From positions 288,001-352,000 of the forward strand of contig OZ253375.1 of NCBI GenBank assembly GCA_965261005.1: 64,000 nucleotides of DNA. The letters run 5' to 3'. The notes under the pieces were generated by a model. The model saw only the letters and a program-made list of their open reading frames with translations, had not been told where the DNA came from and made no database searches. Shown here piece by piece: positions 44,603 through 55,220 of this stretch (positions within the stretch are counted from its first letter, which is position 1; each line of letters begins with the position of its first letter). The DNA is from Deinococcus sp. Its GTDB lineage: Bacteria > Deinococcota > Deinococci > Deinococcales > Deinococcaceae. Position numbers and translations under genes: made by a program.

Positions 44603-45907
44603 ATGAAACCATTTTCCTGGCCGCGCCGCGCCCTTCTCCTGGCCCTCTCACTCGCCCCCTTTGCGGCGGCGGCGCAAACCCCGGCCCCGTTTCAGGCCGA
44701 GAGCGCCCTGAGCCGCGCGGCCCCTTTGTACGCGGACCGTTTGACGGGCGTGCAGGTCACGGCGGCGACGGACGGCTCCTCGACCGTGACCGGCCAGCTG
44801 TACGGCCTCCCCTTCGCCATCAACTTCCCGGCCAACTGGAACGGCCAGGCGGTGCTGTTCGCGCACGGTTACGTGACGCCCGACCAGACCGAGCGGCTGC
44901 CGGCTCAGGACCCCTCTGGCGGCGTGCTGACGGCGGCCTACGCGCAGGGCTTTGCCACGGCCTACTCGACCTACGCCAAAACCGGCTACGCGGTGCAGAG
45001 CGGCATCCAGAGCACCTACCGGCTGGACCGTTTGCTGACCCAGCTGGGCACGAAACGGGCCTACATCGCCGGCGCCTCGATGGGCGGTGACATCACGGTG
45101 GGCCTGATCGAGAAGTATCCGAACGCTTTTGCGGGTGCGCTGCCGTACTGCGGCGTGGTGGCGGGCTGGGAAGAGGAGCAGCGCTACTTGGCGGACTTCC
45201 GGGTCGTGTACGACTTCTTCACCCAGGGAACGTCCTACGCGCTGCCCGGCGCGGGCGCCGCCCTGACGCCGAACCCCGACCTGACGGTGCAGGCCGTGCA
45301 GACTTCGGTCGCCGGCTTGTTTACGGCGGCGGCGAAGGACCTGAGCGGCCCAGCAGCGCAGCTGATCGGCGCCGTCGCGGCTTTCACGGGGGCCAACCCC
45401 GACCCGGTCTCCTTTATCACCGCGCTGGCCGGCAACACCTACGGCCTGACGGATTACCTTCAGACGGCGGGCGGCAACGGCTACGGCAACCTGGGCAAGG
45501 TGTACGCCAGCGCCGACCCGCGCTTCGCCCCCCTCGCCGCCGGCCTGAATGCCGGCGTGGAGCGCCTGAACGCCGACCCCGCCGCCGCCACCTACTCGAA
45601 CAAGTTCTTTACCCCGCGCGGCATCTTCAAGTCCAAGGTGCTGAGCGTTCACAACACCATCGACCCGCTGGTGCCCTTCGAGTTCGAGGCGCAGTACAGG
45701 GCCATCGCGCAAGCGGCGAGTAATTCGGACAACCTGGTGCAGCAAATCGTGGACCCCAAGCCGGTCAACCCAGCCGACCCGGCGACCGGCGGACCCACCC
45801 ACTGCTACTTCTCGCCGCAGGAGCTGGGCTTCGCCTGGAACGAGCTGCGCGCCTGGGTCGAAAACGGCGCTCAGCCCGAGGACGGCAAGAACATCACGAG
45901 CAAGTGA
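44603..45907 (+). CDS. Secreted alpha/beta hydrolase
   Basis: Signal peptide; AHGY, GASMGG, DPLVP and HCYF. Confidence 0.82.
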   Translation: MKPFSWPRRALLLALSLAPFAAAAQTPAPFQAESALSRAAPLYADRLTGVQVTAATDGSSTVTGQLYGLPFAINFPANWNGQAVLFAHGYVTPDQTERLPAQDPSGGVLTAAYAQGFATAYSTYAKTGYAVQSGIQSTYRLDRLLTQLGTKRAYIAGASMGGDITVGLIEKYPNAFAGALPYCGVVAGWEEEQRYLADFRVVYDFFTQGTSYALPGAGAALTPNPDLTVQAVQTSVAGLFTAAAKDLSGPAAQLIGAVAAFTGANPDPVSFITALAGNTYGLTDYLQTAGGNGYGNLGKVYASADPRFAPLAAGLNAGVERLNADPAAATYSNKFFTPRGIFKSKVLSVHNTIDPLVPFEFEAQYRAIAQAASNSDNLVQQIVDPKPVNPADPATGGPTHCYFSPQELGFAWNELRAWVENGAQPEDGKNITSK

Positions 45908-47214
45908 TGACCATGCACCTCGCCCTGATATTGCTGAGCGCCGCCCTGGTCGCCTGCTCCGGCCAACCGGCGCCCGCTTCCCAGCCGGCCCCAGTTATCC
46001 AGCCGCTTCCACCCATCAATCCGGCACCCAGCTTAGAGGACCGCGTGCGCGCCGCCGCCGGCGACGTGCGGCAGCTCGCGATCATCACCAACCCGGACGC
46101 CTCGCTGAGCGTGACGGGCCAGCTCGGCGGTGCCCCCTTCGCGGTCAGGTTTCCGGAAAACTGGAAGGGCGGGGCCGTGCTGTACGCCCACGGCTACGTG
46201 CAGCCGACGCCGGGGGCCAGCGAGCCGGACCCGGCCGCTACCGTCTCGTCGGGCCTGCTGAGCGTGCCCTTTTCGCAGGGCTTCGCCGTCGCGGCCTCGG
46301 GGTACGACAAGGTGGGCTACGCGGTGGAGGGCGGCGCCAAGAACACCCTGCGCCTGCAACGGTTCGTGGACGAGATCAACCCCGGGCGCGACTACCTGGT
46401 AGGCGAGTCCATGGGCGGCGACATCGTGATGAAGCTGATCGAGGGGGCGCCGGACGCCTTTGCCGGGGCGCTCGCCGCCTGCGGCGTAGTGGGCGGCTGG
46501 CGCGCGGAAGTGGCCTATCTGAGCGACTTCCGGGTGGTCTACGACTTCTTCACGCGCGGCACGCCCTACGCCCTGCCAGGGGCGGCCGACCCGCTCACGC
46601 CCGACCCCGGCTACACGCTGACCGCCATTCAGCAAAAGGTGTCGGCCCTGTTCACGGCCGCGCAGGGGGGAGACGCGCAGGCGAGGAACTTGCTAGTCAA
46701 CATCTCGGCGTCGGCGGGCGCGAGCGGCGACCCGGTCAGCTACGTCACCGCGCTGGCGAGCTTCACCTACGGCACCCAGGACTACCTGAACACGGCGGGG
46801 GGCAATGGCTACGGCAACGTCGGCAAGACCTACCTCGCCCCCACGCCGCAGCTGACGGCGGCCCTCAACGACCCGCAGACCGGCGTCGTGCGTTTGCAAG
46901 CGAAGGCCGAGGCCGCCGCCTATCTGAACGCCAACTACACCCCGAACGGCAGCTTCAAAACCAAGCTGCTGACCATTCACAACACCGTGGACCCCCTGGT
47001 GCCAATCTTCCACGAGGCGCTGCTCAAGACCTTTGTGGCCGGCGCCGGGAACACGGACAATCTGGTGCAGCAACGGGTGACGACCGTGAACGCCTTTGAC
47101 CCCAAGCACTGCGAGTTCTCGCCCCGGGAATACCTCAGCGCCTGGACCGAGCTGCGTGCCTGGGTCGAAAACGGTGCTAAGCCCGAGGACGGCAAGGACA
47201 TCACGAGCAAGTAG
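45904..47214 (+). CDS. Lipoprotein alpha/beta hydrolase, paralogue of the upstream gene
   Basis: Lipobox LVAC; AHGY, GESMGG, DPLVP and HCEF. Confidence 0.82.
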   Translation: MMTMHLALILLSAALVACSGQPAPASQPAPVIQPLPPINPAPSLEDRVRAAAGDVRQLAIITNPDASLSVTGQLGGAPFAVRFPENWKGGAVLYAHGYVQPTPGASEPDPAATVSSGLLSVPFSQGFAVAASGYDKVGYAVEGGAKNTLRLQRFVDEINPGRDYLVGESMGGDIVMKLIEGAPDAFAGALAACGVVGGWRAEVAYLSDFRVVYDFFTRGTPYALPGAADPLTPDPGYTLTAIQQKVSALFTAAQGGDAQARNLLVNISASAGASGDPVSYVTALASFTYGTQDYLNTAGGNGYGNVGKTYLAPTPQLTAALNDPQTGVVRLQAKAEAAAYLNANYTPNGSFKTKLLTIHNTVDPLVPIFHEALLKTFVAGAGNTDNLVQQRVTTVNAFDPKHCEFSPREYLSAWTELRAWVENGAKPEDGKDITSK

Positions 47215-47291
47215 CCCTGCAAGCTGAGCAGCCCTGCAAACTTGAGCGCCTGGAGATTCTTTCCGGGCGCCCCTGCTTCACCCGTGCCGCT

Positions 47292-50200
47292 TCACTCCGT
47301 GCTCACGCCCGGGTCCACCTGCTGCGCCACCGGCACGACCATGCGGAAGTGCGCCGCCGGGTCCACCAGCAGCTCGGCCACCCGGCGGGCGGCGCCGGGC
47401 TGCTCGCTGGCGACCAGCGCGCGGTGGTAGTCGCCCAGCAAATCGCGCACGTCAGCCCCGCCCCCCGCGCTCAGGGGCAGGATCACCACGCCCGCCCCTC
47501 TCGCGAGCCGCCGCTTCAGGGCCGCGTCGTCGAGGCCCTGACTTGGCGCGTACCTGAGGTACACCACGCCCCCCGACATGCCCGAGCAGATCCACGGCCC
47601 CGCGTCGCCCAGCACCAAGGCGCGGCCCCCGGTCATGTACTCGAAGGCGTAGCCCTTGGCGTTGGCGCGCGTCGCCAGCATGCCGAGGTTGTCGTCCACG
47701 GGGCCGCGCAGCTCGCCGCCCAGGACCACGTCGGCCCCCGAGAGGCGCACGCAGAAGCGGCTGTCGGCGCTGCCCTGCACCAGAAACCGCCCGCCGATGG
47801 CGCCGTAGGCAAAGCTCTTGCCCACCGAGCCGTCGATGTGCTGCCCCTGGTGGTTGCGGCCCTTGAGGACCGTGACGCGCCCGCCCAGGGCGCTCTTGCC
47901 CACGCCGTCCTGCGCGCCGCCGTCCACCAGAATTTCCACCGGGGCGTTGTTAAAGGCGCCCAGGCCGTTGCCGGGAATGCTGCCGGCCTCGAAGTGCAGC
48001 TTGATGCGCGCCGGCCCCCCGCGCCGCCCCTCACGTTGCAAGGTGCCGACCAAGTGGGTGCCCAGCGCCCGGTCGGCCGACAGCACCGGCCCGTCGCGGA
48101 ACTCGACCAGATCCTCCTCCTCGGCGAGGGCCGCGCTCACCCACTCGCTGAGCATGCGGGTGGTGCTGTTAAGGGGCCGGTGAATCACGCGCCGCCCCAG
48201 CTTGTCCCACCCCTCGGGGTGGGGGGCGGCGGCCAGCAATTCGCCCAGGTCGAGGGCGGCCGTCTCGGCGCGCAACAAATCGCTGCGCCCGCGCAATTCG
48301 CGCAGACTACCCAAGCCGAGTCCGGCCACGAGAACGCGCAGTTCCGCCGCCAGACCGCCGAAAAAGCGGGTCAGCCGCTCGACCTCACGGGGCAACTCGC
48401 GCGGCACAAACCTCTTGAAGCCGTGCGCTTTCGCCTCCTCCTCGCTCTCGACCTGGGTGGCGATGCCGACGTGGCAGGTGTCGAGCTGACAGCCTCTACA
48501 GATGGTGCAGCCGATGGCGACCATGCTCAGGGTCCCGAAGCCGGCCCGGTCGGCGCCCAGGGCGACCACGCGCGCCACGTCGAGGGCCGTCTTGAGGCCG
48601 CCGTCGGCCCACAGCTCCACCTTGTCGCGCATGCCGGCGGCCGTGAGCGCCCGGTGGGCGCGCGCCACGCCATACTCCACCGGCATGCCGGCGTACTTGA
48701 GGGCGTGTGCCCGCGCCGCCCCGGTGCCGCCCTCGAAGCCCGACAGCGTGATGATGTGCGCGCCCGCCTTGGCGACCCCGAGGGCGATGGTCCCCACCCC
48801 CGGCACCACCGGAATCTTGACGGCGATCTTGGCGCCCGGCGCGATGGTCTTGAGTTCCTCGACCAGCTGTGCCAGGTCCTCGATGGAGTACACGTCGTGG
48901 TTGTTGCTGGGCGAGATCAGGTCCACGCCCTGCGCGGCGTGGCGCGCGGCGGCGACCTTGGCGCTGACCTTTTTGCCGGGCAGATGTCCACCCTCGCCGG
49001 GTTTGGCCCCCTGCCCCACCTTGATTTCGATGACGCCGGCCGCGTTCAGCATGGCGCTCGACACCCCGAACCGCCCCGACGCCACCTGCTGGCCGCGCCA
49101 ATGGGTGTAGTGGCCCAACATGTCGGGAATCTCGCCGCCCTCGCCGTTCATGGCCATGATGTTGAGCTTTTTGGCCGCCGCGACGTAGCTGCGAAAGGCG
49201 GTCTCGCCCTGTGACCCGAAGCTCATGGCGCTGATGACAAAGGGCAGCGAGTGGCCGCCCACCGCGATGTCCACCGTCTCGGGGTCAACCGTCTCCTTCC
49301 CTTCAGGAGAGCGCAGCTCCAGCAGCGACCTCGCCGCCAAGGGCGTCTCCTGCTCCAGGGCGCGCACGCGGGCCGCATAATCTTGCGGCGTGATCTCGCC
49401 GTTCGCCAGCGCGAAGGCGGCTTTGAACAGGCGCGGGTTGAAGCGCTGGTCGCGGTCGGGCACGGCGGCGTTTTCCTGAAATCTGGTCAGGCGCGCCCTC
49501 AACGTCGCCTCCACGCCGGCGAGGTCGTAGCCCGCCGCCTCGCCCCAGATGCCCGCGCCGCCGAGCACGTCCAGCACGTCGGGCGAAAGGCCGATGGCCG
49601 TGAACAGCCGCCCGTAGCCGCGCAGTTCGTGAATGCCCATGGTGCTCATGACCTTCTCCAAGCCCTTGGTCAGGCCGGCGATCAGCTGCCCCTCGGCCGC
49701 CTCGCCGGGATGGGCGGCGTACATGGCGGCCGGCTCCACCGCCTCGGCCCCCAGGCCGATCAGCAGCATCAGGTCGTGCAAGTTGCGGACCTGCGCGCTG
49801 CGGACGACCACGCTCAGGCGGCGCCGCAGGGCCACGCCATCCTCGCCGCGCTCTGCGCCCAGCGCCCGCTCCAACGTTCCCAGCGCCAGCAGCGCGTCCA
49901 GGGCCGCCCACCCGTTCTGGTAGAGGGCCGTGTCGTCGAGCACCAACAGTTCGGCCCCGCCGCGCGCCGCCTCCAGGGCGTCCTGTGCGAGCCGTTCCAA
50001 GGCGACCTCAACCCGCTCGTCCGTTCGCAGGTCGGGTTGCAGCGTGACCGAGCCGAAGCGACGCTTCAGCTCATTCAGGGTCAGCGTTCTGTGCGCCCGC
50101 GCCACCTCGGGAGAGAGCGCCAGCACCGGCGTCAGCAGCTCGACGCTGTGCCCGTCCCCCGACCCCGGCAAGGGGCGCCGCCCGACCAGCACGCGGGTGC

Positions 50201-51842
50201 TGAAGTGCTCGATCTCGCGCTCGCGGTCGATGGCGGGATTGGTCACGACCGCCACCGTCTCCTTAAAAAACTCGGCCAGGTTGGGCTTGTCGGGGCGCAG
50301 GGCGCCCAACTGCCCGTCGAAGCCCAGGCTGGAGATCGGCTCGGCGCCTTTGTCGGCGAGGGCGGTCACGTAAGCCTCGTCCCACCTGTCCCAGCCGAAG
50401 GCGTAGCGGGCCTGCGCGGGCAAGTCGGGCGCCTCGCCCGCCGCGATCTCGCCCCCCGGCCCGTCCAGCCGAATCCGCGCCCCGTCCAGGCCCGCCCGCT
50501 TGCCGTGGACCCGCTCCAGCACCAAGCGCTGCACGTTCTCGTTGGCGTGCAGGCGAACCGTGCTTGCACCGTGAACCGTGCTTGCACCATGAACAGGGTC
50601 GCCCCCCAGGCAGACGACCATCTTCTCTCCGGGGGAAAACGGCGCCGGGTCGCGCACCATGCTGCCCAGCGGGATGACGCCGCGCTCGGAGGACCAGAAG
50701 TACTCCTTTTCGGTCTCGCCGAACCACAGCGGGCGCAGCCCGAGGGCGTCCACGCTGAAGACGCACTCGGTCCCGCCGCGCGCGATAATGGCCGCCGGCC
50801 CCTGCGCCAGCGGCCCGCCCGCCGCGCGCAGGCCCAGATAGGCGTCCTGCAAGCTGCTGGAAAAGGCGCGCACCTCGCTCAGGACCGGCGGAAACACGCT
50901 CTCGACCGCCTCAAGTAAGCTCAGGCCGTGGTCGTGGATGTAGCCCGCCATCACCCGGTTGAGGTCTTGCGAGTCGCTGCCGCCGGTGAGTGGCACGCCG
51001 AGATGGACGCCCTCCTTGCGCAGCCGCTCAATGGTGTTGATTTCGCCGTTGTGGGCCAGCATCGAAAAGGGCTGCACCTGCTCGAAGGTGGACAGCGTGT
51101 TGGTGGAGTAGCGGTTGTGCCCGATTGAGCACACGCTGGTGTACTCGGGCAAGTTGAGGTCGGGGTAGTAGCGGCCCAGAATCTCGGCGCTGCCGCGCAC
51201 CTTGTACACGACCGTCGTCCCCGACAAGCTGACCACATGCACCGGCTGGCTGGCCTCTAATTCCAGCCCCAGCTCGAACAGGGCGCGCTCGCGCTCGCGC
51301 TCGGTTTCACCGGCGACCGTGCCGGCCACCTGCACGAACTGCGGCTCCGCGAGGCGCGCCACCGGCCCGAGGGCGGCGGCGTACACCGCGCCCACGCGCT
51401 CCAAGAGAATCTTGAGGCCATGTCGACCCGAGGCGGCGCGCAGGGCGTCGAGCAGCTCGCGCACCTTGACGCCCTGCGGCACGAAAAAGTGCCCCACGAA
51501 AAATTGGCCCTGATCGGCCTGACCGCCGTCTTGCCCAGCTTCGCTCAGCAAGCGGCGCCACATGGCGCGCGGGATGTCGGTCTGAATGCCGCAGCCGTCG
51601 CCCTCGCCGCGCACCTCGCCGCTGCGGTGGGCCATGTGCCGCAGCGCCTCCAGCGTGCGGGTCACGTTGCCGTGGGTGGCCTCGCCGGTCTTGCGGACAT
51701 TGCAGATGATGCCGCAGGCGTCGTGCTCCAGCTCGTCGAAGCTGCCGGGAAAGTCGGCTTCTAAGCGGGCGCGCTCAAAGGCGCGGTACAGGCTTTGCTG
51801 TGGGGCAAGAACACTTCTGAGCGGTCGGTCAGGCTGGGTCAT
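47292..51842 (-). CDS. gltB: Glutamate synthase large subunit
   Basis: EHDACG, HNGEINT, MSFGS, KVGQGAKPGEGGHLPGKKV, the Cys cluster and C-terminal GXGXG repeats. Confidence 0.93.
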   Translation of the reverse strand: MTQPDRPLRSVLAPQQSLYRAFERARLEADFPGSFDELEHDACGIICNVRKTGEATHGNVTRTLEALRHMAHRSGEVRGEGDGCGIQTDIPRAMWRRLLSEAGQDGGQADQGQFFVGHFFVPQGVKVRELLDALRAASGRHGLKILLERVGAVYAAALGPVARLAEPQFVQVAGTVAGETERERERALFELGLELEASQPVHVVSLSGTTVVYKVRGSAEILGRYYPDLNLPEYTSVCSIGHNRYSTNTLSTFEQVQPFSMLAHNGEINTIERLRKEGVHLGVPLTGGSDSQDLNRVMAGYIHDHGLSLLEAVESVFPPVLSEVRAFSSSLQDAYLGLRAAGGPLAQGPAAIIARGGTECVFSVDALGLRPLWFGETEKEYFWSSERGVIPLGSMVRDPAPFSPGEKMVVCLGGDPVHGASTVHGASTVRLHANENVQRLVLERVHGKRAGLDGARIRLDGPGGEIAAGEAPDLPAQARYAFGWDRWDEAYVTALADKGAEPISSLGFDGQLGALRPDKPNLAEFFKETVAVVTNPAIDREREIEHFSTRVLVGRRPLPGSGDGHSVELLTPVLALSPEVARAHRTLTLNELKRRFGSVTLQPDLRTDERVEVALERLAQDALEAARGGAELLVLDDTALYQNGWAALDALLALGTLERALGAERGEDGVALRRRLSVVVRSAQVRNLHDLMLLIGLGAEAVEPAAMYAAHPGEAAEGQLIAGLTKGLEKVMSTMGIHELRGYGRLFTAIGLSPDVLDVLGGAGIWGEAAGYDLAGVEATLRARLTRFQENAAVPDRDQRFNPRLFKAAFALANGEITPQDYAARVRALEQETPLAARSLLELRSPEGKETVDPETVDIAVGGHSLPFVISAMSFGSQGETAFRSYVAAAKKLNIMAMNGEGGEIPDMLGHYTHWRGQQVASGRFGVSSAMLNAAGVIEIKVGQGAKPGEGGHLPGKKVSAKVAAARHAAQGVDLISPSNNHDVYSIEDLAQLVEELKTIAPGAKIAVKIPVVPGVGTIALGVAKAGAHIITLSGFEGGTGAARAHALKYAGMPVEYGVARAHRALTAAGMRDKVELWADGGLKTALDVARVVALGADRAGFGTLSMVAIGCTICRGCQLDTCHVGIATQVESEEEAKAHGFKRFVPRELPREVERLTRFFGGLAAELRVLVAGLGLGSLRELRGRSDLLRAETAALDLGELLAAAPHPEGWDKLGRRVIHRPLNSTTRMLSEWVSAALAEEEDLVEFRDGPVLSADRALGTHLVGTLQREGRRGGPARIKLHFEAGSIPGNGLGAFNNAPVEILVDGGAQDGVGKSALGGRVTVLKGRNHQGQHIDGSVGKSFAYGAIGGRFLVQGSADSRFCVRLSGADVVLGGELRGPVDDNLGMLATRANAKGYAFEYMTGGRALVLGDAGPWICSGMSGGVVYLRYAPSQGLDDAALKRRLARGAGVVILPLSAGGGADVRDLLGDYHRALVASEQPGAARRVAELLVDPAAHFRMVVPVAQQVDPGVSTE
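50555..50594. repeat. 18-bp tandem duplication inside gltB (VHGAST x2)
   Basis: GAACCGTGCTTGCACCGT GAACCGTGCTTGCACCAT GAAC. Confidence 0.85.
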
Positions 51843-52069
51843 GCGCGCTCCTCGGGACGTGGCAAAAATAGGGCGTCGGTGAGAACGCGACGAATTTGCG
51901 TCCATACCACACGATTGAGGGATTATACAGGCCGACGGGCAAAAATGCGCCCTTTTCTCGGCTCTGGCTAGATGACGTGCCGGACCGGCAGATGAAGACC
52001 AGGTTGATTTGTGAAGAATCTGAGTTTAGATTGAGGGGCCAATTCTAAGTTTCATCTCGGAGGTCAGTT

Positions 52070-52339
52070 GTGGAAACGTTGCGCGTCTCTGGCAAGTCCC
52101 GTCCCAACGCCGTCGCCGGCGCCATCGCCGCCCTGCTGCGCGTGCAGGGCGAGGTCGAGGTGCAGGCCATCGGCCCGGCCGCCGTCAACCAGGCGGTCAA
52201 GGCCATCGCCATCGCGCGCGGCTACATCGTTCTCGACCAGCTCGACCTCAGCGCCCAGCCCGCCTTTGTCAAGCTCGATCTCGCCGAGGAGGAGCGCACG
52301 GCGGTGCGCTTCACCGTCAATTCATACAAAGCACCCTGA
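52070..52339 (+). CDS. spoVS: Stage V sporulation protein S family
   Basis: LRVSGKSRPNAVAGAIA...QAIGPAAVNQAVKAIAIARG. Confidence 0.95.
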   Translation: METLRVSGKSRPNAVAGAIAALLRVQGEVEVQAIGPAAVNQAVKAIAIARGYIVLDQLDLSAQPAFVKLDLAEEERTAVRFTVNSYKAP

Positions 52340-52439
52340 GCGTCCTCATCTCACGGCACTTCTCTTGCACGGCTTACCTTGCACGGCTTTTCTCATGGAA
52401 CTTGACAAGGATACGCTAAGATAATGGCCGGAGGCTGAC

Positions 52440-53120
52440 ATGCTCTTTGGTCCATACACCTGGCTGATCCTGTTGCTCTTGGTCGCCTCAATGCTGATTC
52501 AAGGGTATCTTTCCAACGCCTACGGGCGCTTTTCAAAAGTCCGCAACGCCCGCAACCTGACGGGGGCCGAAATCGCGCGCCAAATGCTCGACGACGCCGG
52601 GCTGCAACACGTGCCGGTGCAGATGGTGCCCGGGACCCTCAGCGACCATTACGACCCCATCAAAAAGGTGGTCAGCTTGTCCGAGGGCAACTTCGGCGTG
52701 CCGAGCCTGGCGGCGGCGGCGGTCGCGGCCCACGAGGTGGGCCACGCCATTCAGGACAAGGTCCACATGCCGGCGCTCGCGCTGCGCGCCCGGCTGTTTC
52801 CCGCGCTTCAGGCGGGCACCAACCTCGGCCCTTGGCTGGTGATCGCGGGCTTTTTCCTGAACGTGACCGGCCTGATATGGCTGGGCATCATCGCCTTTGC
52901 GGGCGCGGTGCTGTTTCACCTGATCACGTTGCCGGTGGAGTTCGACGCCTCGCGCCGCGCGCTCTCGAACCTCAGCCGCGGCTACCTGTCGCGCGGCGAG
53001 GTGGACGGCGCCCGCACGGTGCTGAACGCCGCCGCCCTCACCTACATCGCCGGCTTCGCCATCGCGCTGGCGCAGCTGCTCAACTTCATCGCGCTGGCGG
53101 GCGGCAACCGTAGAGATTAA
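52440..53120 (+). CDS. Membrane zinc metallopeptidase (YugP-like)
   Basis: [17 protein letters not shown] and [12 protein letters not shown]. Confidence 0.93.
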   Translation: MLFGPYTWLILLLLVASMLIQGYLSNAYGRFSKVRNARNLTGAEIARQMLDDAGLQHVPVQMVPGTLSDHYDPIKKVVSLSEGNFGVPSLAAAAVAAHEVGHAIQDKVHMPALALRARLFPALQAGTNLGPWLVIAGFFLNVTGLIWLGIIAFAGAVLFHLITLPVEFDASRRALSNLSRGYLSRGEVDGARTVLNAAALTYIAGFAIALAQLLNFIALAGGNRRD

Positions 53121-53166
53121 GCCCCCACCCCCGGCCCCTCTCCCGCAAGGGGAGAGGGGTGAAAAG
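53121..53166. repeat. REP-like palindromic element
   Basis: CCCCCACCCCCGG-CCCCTCTCCC-GCAAG-GGGAGAGGGG. Confidence 0.65.
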
Positions 53167-53196
53167 CTGCGCTTTAACCCCGCCCGCGCGCTGGCC

Positions 53197-54399
53197 GTGG
53201 GGGTTCTCGTTCGGGTGCTGGGCGGGCGCTTCGCGGCGCCCACGCTGGACGCGGCCTTGTCCGGCGCCCGGCTGAGCGCCCGCGACGCCGGCCTCACGAC
53301 GCATATCGTGTACGGCAGCCTACGTTTTCATCTGGCCCTCGAAGCTTCTTTGACGCCCCTGCTGCGCGGCAACACGCCCCGGGGGGCGCGCGCCCTGCTG
53401 CTGGCGGGCGCTTATGAAAAGCTCTACCTGGGCACGCCCGCGCACGCGGTCGTGAACGAGTACGTCGCCCTGGCGCGCCGCGACCTGGGCGGTCTATCGG
53501 GCTTGGTGAACGCCGTGCTGCGCCGCGTGGAGCGGCCACCCGAGATCCAGGAGACCGAGTTCAACTTGCCCGGCTGGCTGATTCAGTCCTTCGAGAATGC
53601 TTACGGAATTGCCGCCGAGGACGTGATGCGCGACCTTCTGACGCCCGCACCCTTATGGCTGTGGCTGACAGATCAGGGCGTGCGCGACTTGGAGCGCGAG
53701 GGCGCCGTCGTGGAACCTGGGTACGGCGACGTGTACCGGGTGTCCCTCGCCCATCCCCTGCGCGAATCGGCGGCCTACAAGGCTGGGCGGGCGCAGCCCA
53801 TCAACCCGGCCTCCTTTTCGGTGGTGGCGGCTCTCGGCGAGGTGGCCGGGCGGCGGGTGCTGGACCTGGCGGGTGGGGCCGGTGTCAAGGCCGCCATGCT
53901 GGCCTTGCGCGGCGCGCGGGTGACGAGCGTGGACCTCGACGCGCGCAAGCTGCCCGCCGCCCGCGCCAATTTGAAGCGCCTGGGGGTCACGGCCGACTTT
54001 GAGAGCGCCGATTTGCGCCAAGTCCCCGACCTCGCCCCGGCCGATTTGGTGCTGCTGGACGCCCCATGCAGCGGCAGCGGCACCCTGCGCGCCCACCCCG
54101 AGATCAAGCTGCGCCTCACCGAGGGGGCCGTCTCAGAGCTGGCCGCCCTGCAAAGCGAGCTGCTGACCACCGCCGCCGCCCTGACCGCGCCGGGGGGCAA
54201 ACTGGTCTACAGCGTGTGTTCGGTGACGGGGGCGGAGGGGCCGGGGGTGATTCGGGACTTCTTGGGCGCCCACCCCGATTTTGAACACGCGGACGCCGAG
54301 CTGACGGTGCCCAGCCTCCCCGCCGACTTCGGTCGCCGGACGCTGGCAACCCATGGTTTGGACGGCTTTTTCGTGGCGGGGCTGCGCCGGCGCGGCTAG
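53197..54399 (+). CDS. RsmB/NOP-family RNA m5C methyltransferase (start uncertain)
   Basis: NusB-like N-terminus, [24 protein letters not shown] and DGFF. Confidence 0.9.
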   Translation: MGVLVRVLGGRFAAPTLDAALSGARLSARDAGLTTHIVYGSLRFHLALEASLTPLLRGNTPRGARALLLAGAYEKLYLGTPAHAVVNEYVALARRDLGGLSGLVNAVLRRVERPPEIQETEFNLPGWLIQSFENAYGIAAEDVMRDLLTPAPLWLWLTDQGVRDLEREGAVVEPGYGDVYRVSLAHPLRESAAYKAGRAQPINPASFSVVAALGEVAGRRVLDLAGGAGVKAAMLALRGARVTSVDLDARKLPAARANLKRLGVTADFESADLRQVPDLAPADLVLLDAPCSGSGTLRAHPEIKLRLTEGAVSELAALQSELLTTAAALTAPGGKLVYSVCSVTGAEGPGVIRDFLGAHPDFEHADAELTVPSLPADFGRRTLATHGLDGFFVAGLRRRG

Positions 54400-54400
54400 A

Positions 54401-55219
54401 TCAGTGGGCCAGCACGTCCGCGCTCAGCGCCTCGGGCGCCAGCGCCCCGGTCATCACCGAGACGGTGTCCGCCATGCTGATTTTGCGTGGGTCGAGCAGG
54501 GCGGCGCGCTTGCCCATGCGGTGGACGTGAATGCGGTCGGCGACCTCGAAGACGTGCGGCATGTTGTGGCTGATCAAGATGACCGGCAAGCCCTTGTCGC
54601 GCACCTTGCGGATCAAGTCGAGGACCATGTTTCCCTCGCGCACGCCCAGCGCGGCGGTCGGCTCGTCCATGATGACCACGTGCCGCGCGAAGGCCGCGCT
54701 GCGCGCCACCGCCACGCCCTGACGCTGACCGCCGGACAGGGTCTCGACCGGCTGGGTCATGCTCTTGATGGCGAACTGAAGGCCCTGCATGTGCGAGCTG
54801 GCCTCTTCAAACATCTTCTTCTTGTCGATGATGCGCAGCCAGCGGGCAATCGGGCCGGGGCGCAGAATTTCACGGCCGAGGAACAAATTCTCGGCGATGG
54901 TCATGGCGGGGGCGACTGCGAGGTCTTGGTAGACCGTCTCGATGCCTTGCCGCCGCGCGTCGATGGGACTGCGAAACGAGACCGGCTGGCCCTCCAGAAA
55001 GATCTGCCCCTCGTCGGGGACCACGGCGCCCGACAGCGCCTTGATCATGCTGGACTTGCCCGCGCCGTTGTCGCCGATCACGGCCATGATCTCGCCGGGG
55101 CGCAGCTCGAAGTCGGCCCCGGCGATGGCGGTCACTTGGCCGTAGCGCTTGACCAGACCGCGCGCCTCCATCACCAGGGGTGGCCTGCCTGTTTGTGCGC
55201 CTGTTTGTGCGGCCGTCAC
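54401..55219 (-). CDS. Sugar ABC transporter ATPase (FrcA-like)
   Basis: GDNGAGKS, LSGGQRQ and MDEPTAALG. Confidence 0.93.
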   Translation of the reverse strand: MTAAQTGAQTGRPPLVMEARGLVKRYGQVTAIAGADFELRPGEIMAVIGDNGAGKSSMIKALSGAVVPDEGQIFLEGQPVSFRSPIDARRQGIETVYQDLAVAPAMTIAENLFLGREILRPGPIARWLRIIDKKKMFEEASSHMQGLQFAIKSMTQPVETLSGGQRQGVAVARSAAFARHVVIMDEPTAALGVREGNMVLDLIRKVRDKGLPVILISHNMPHVFEVADRIHVHRMGKRAALLDPRKISMADTVSVMTGALAPEALSADVLAH

Positions 55220-55220
55220 G

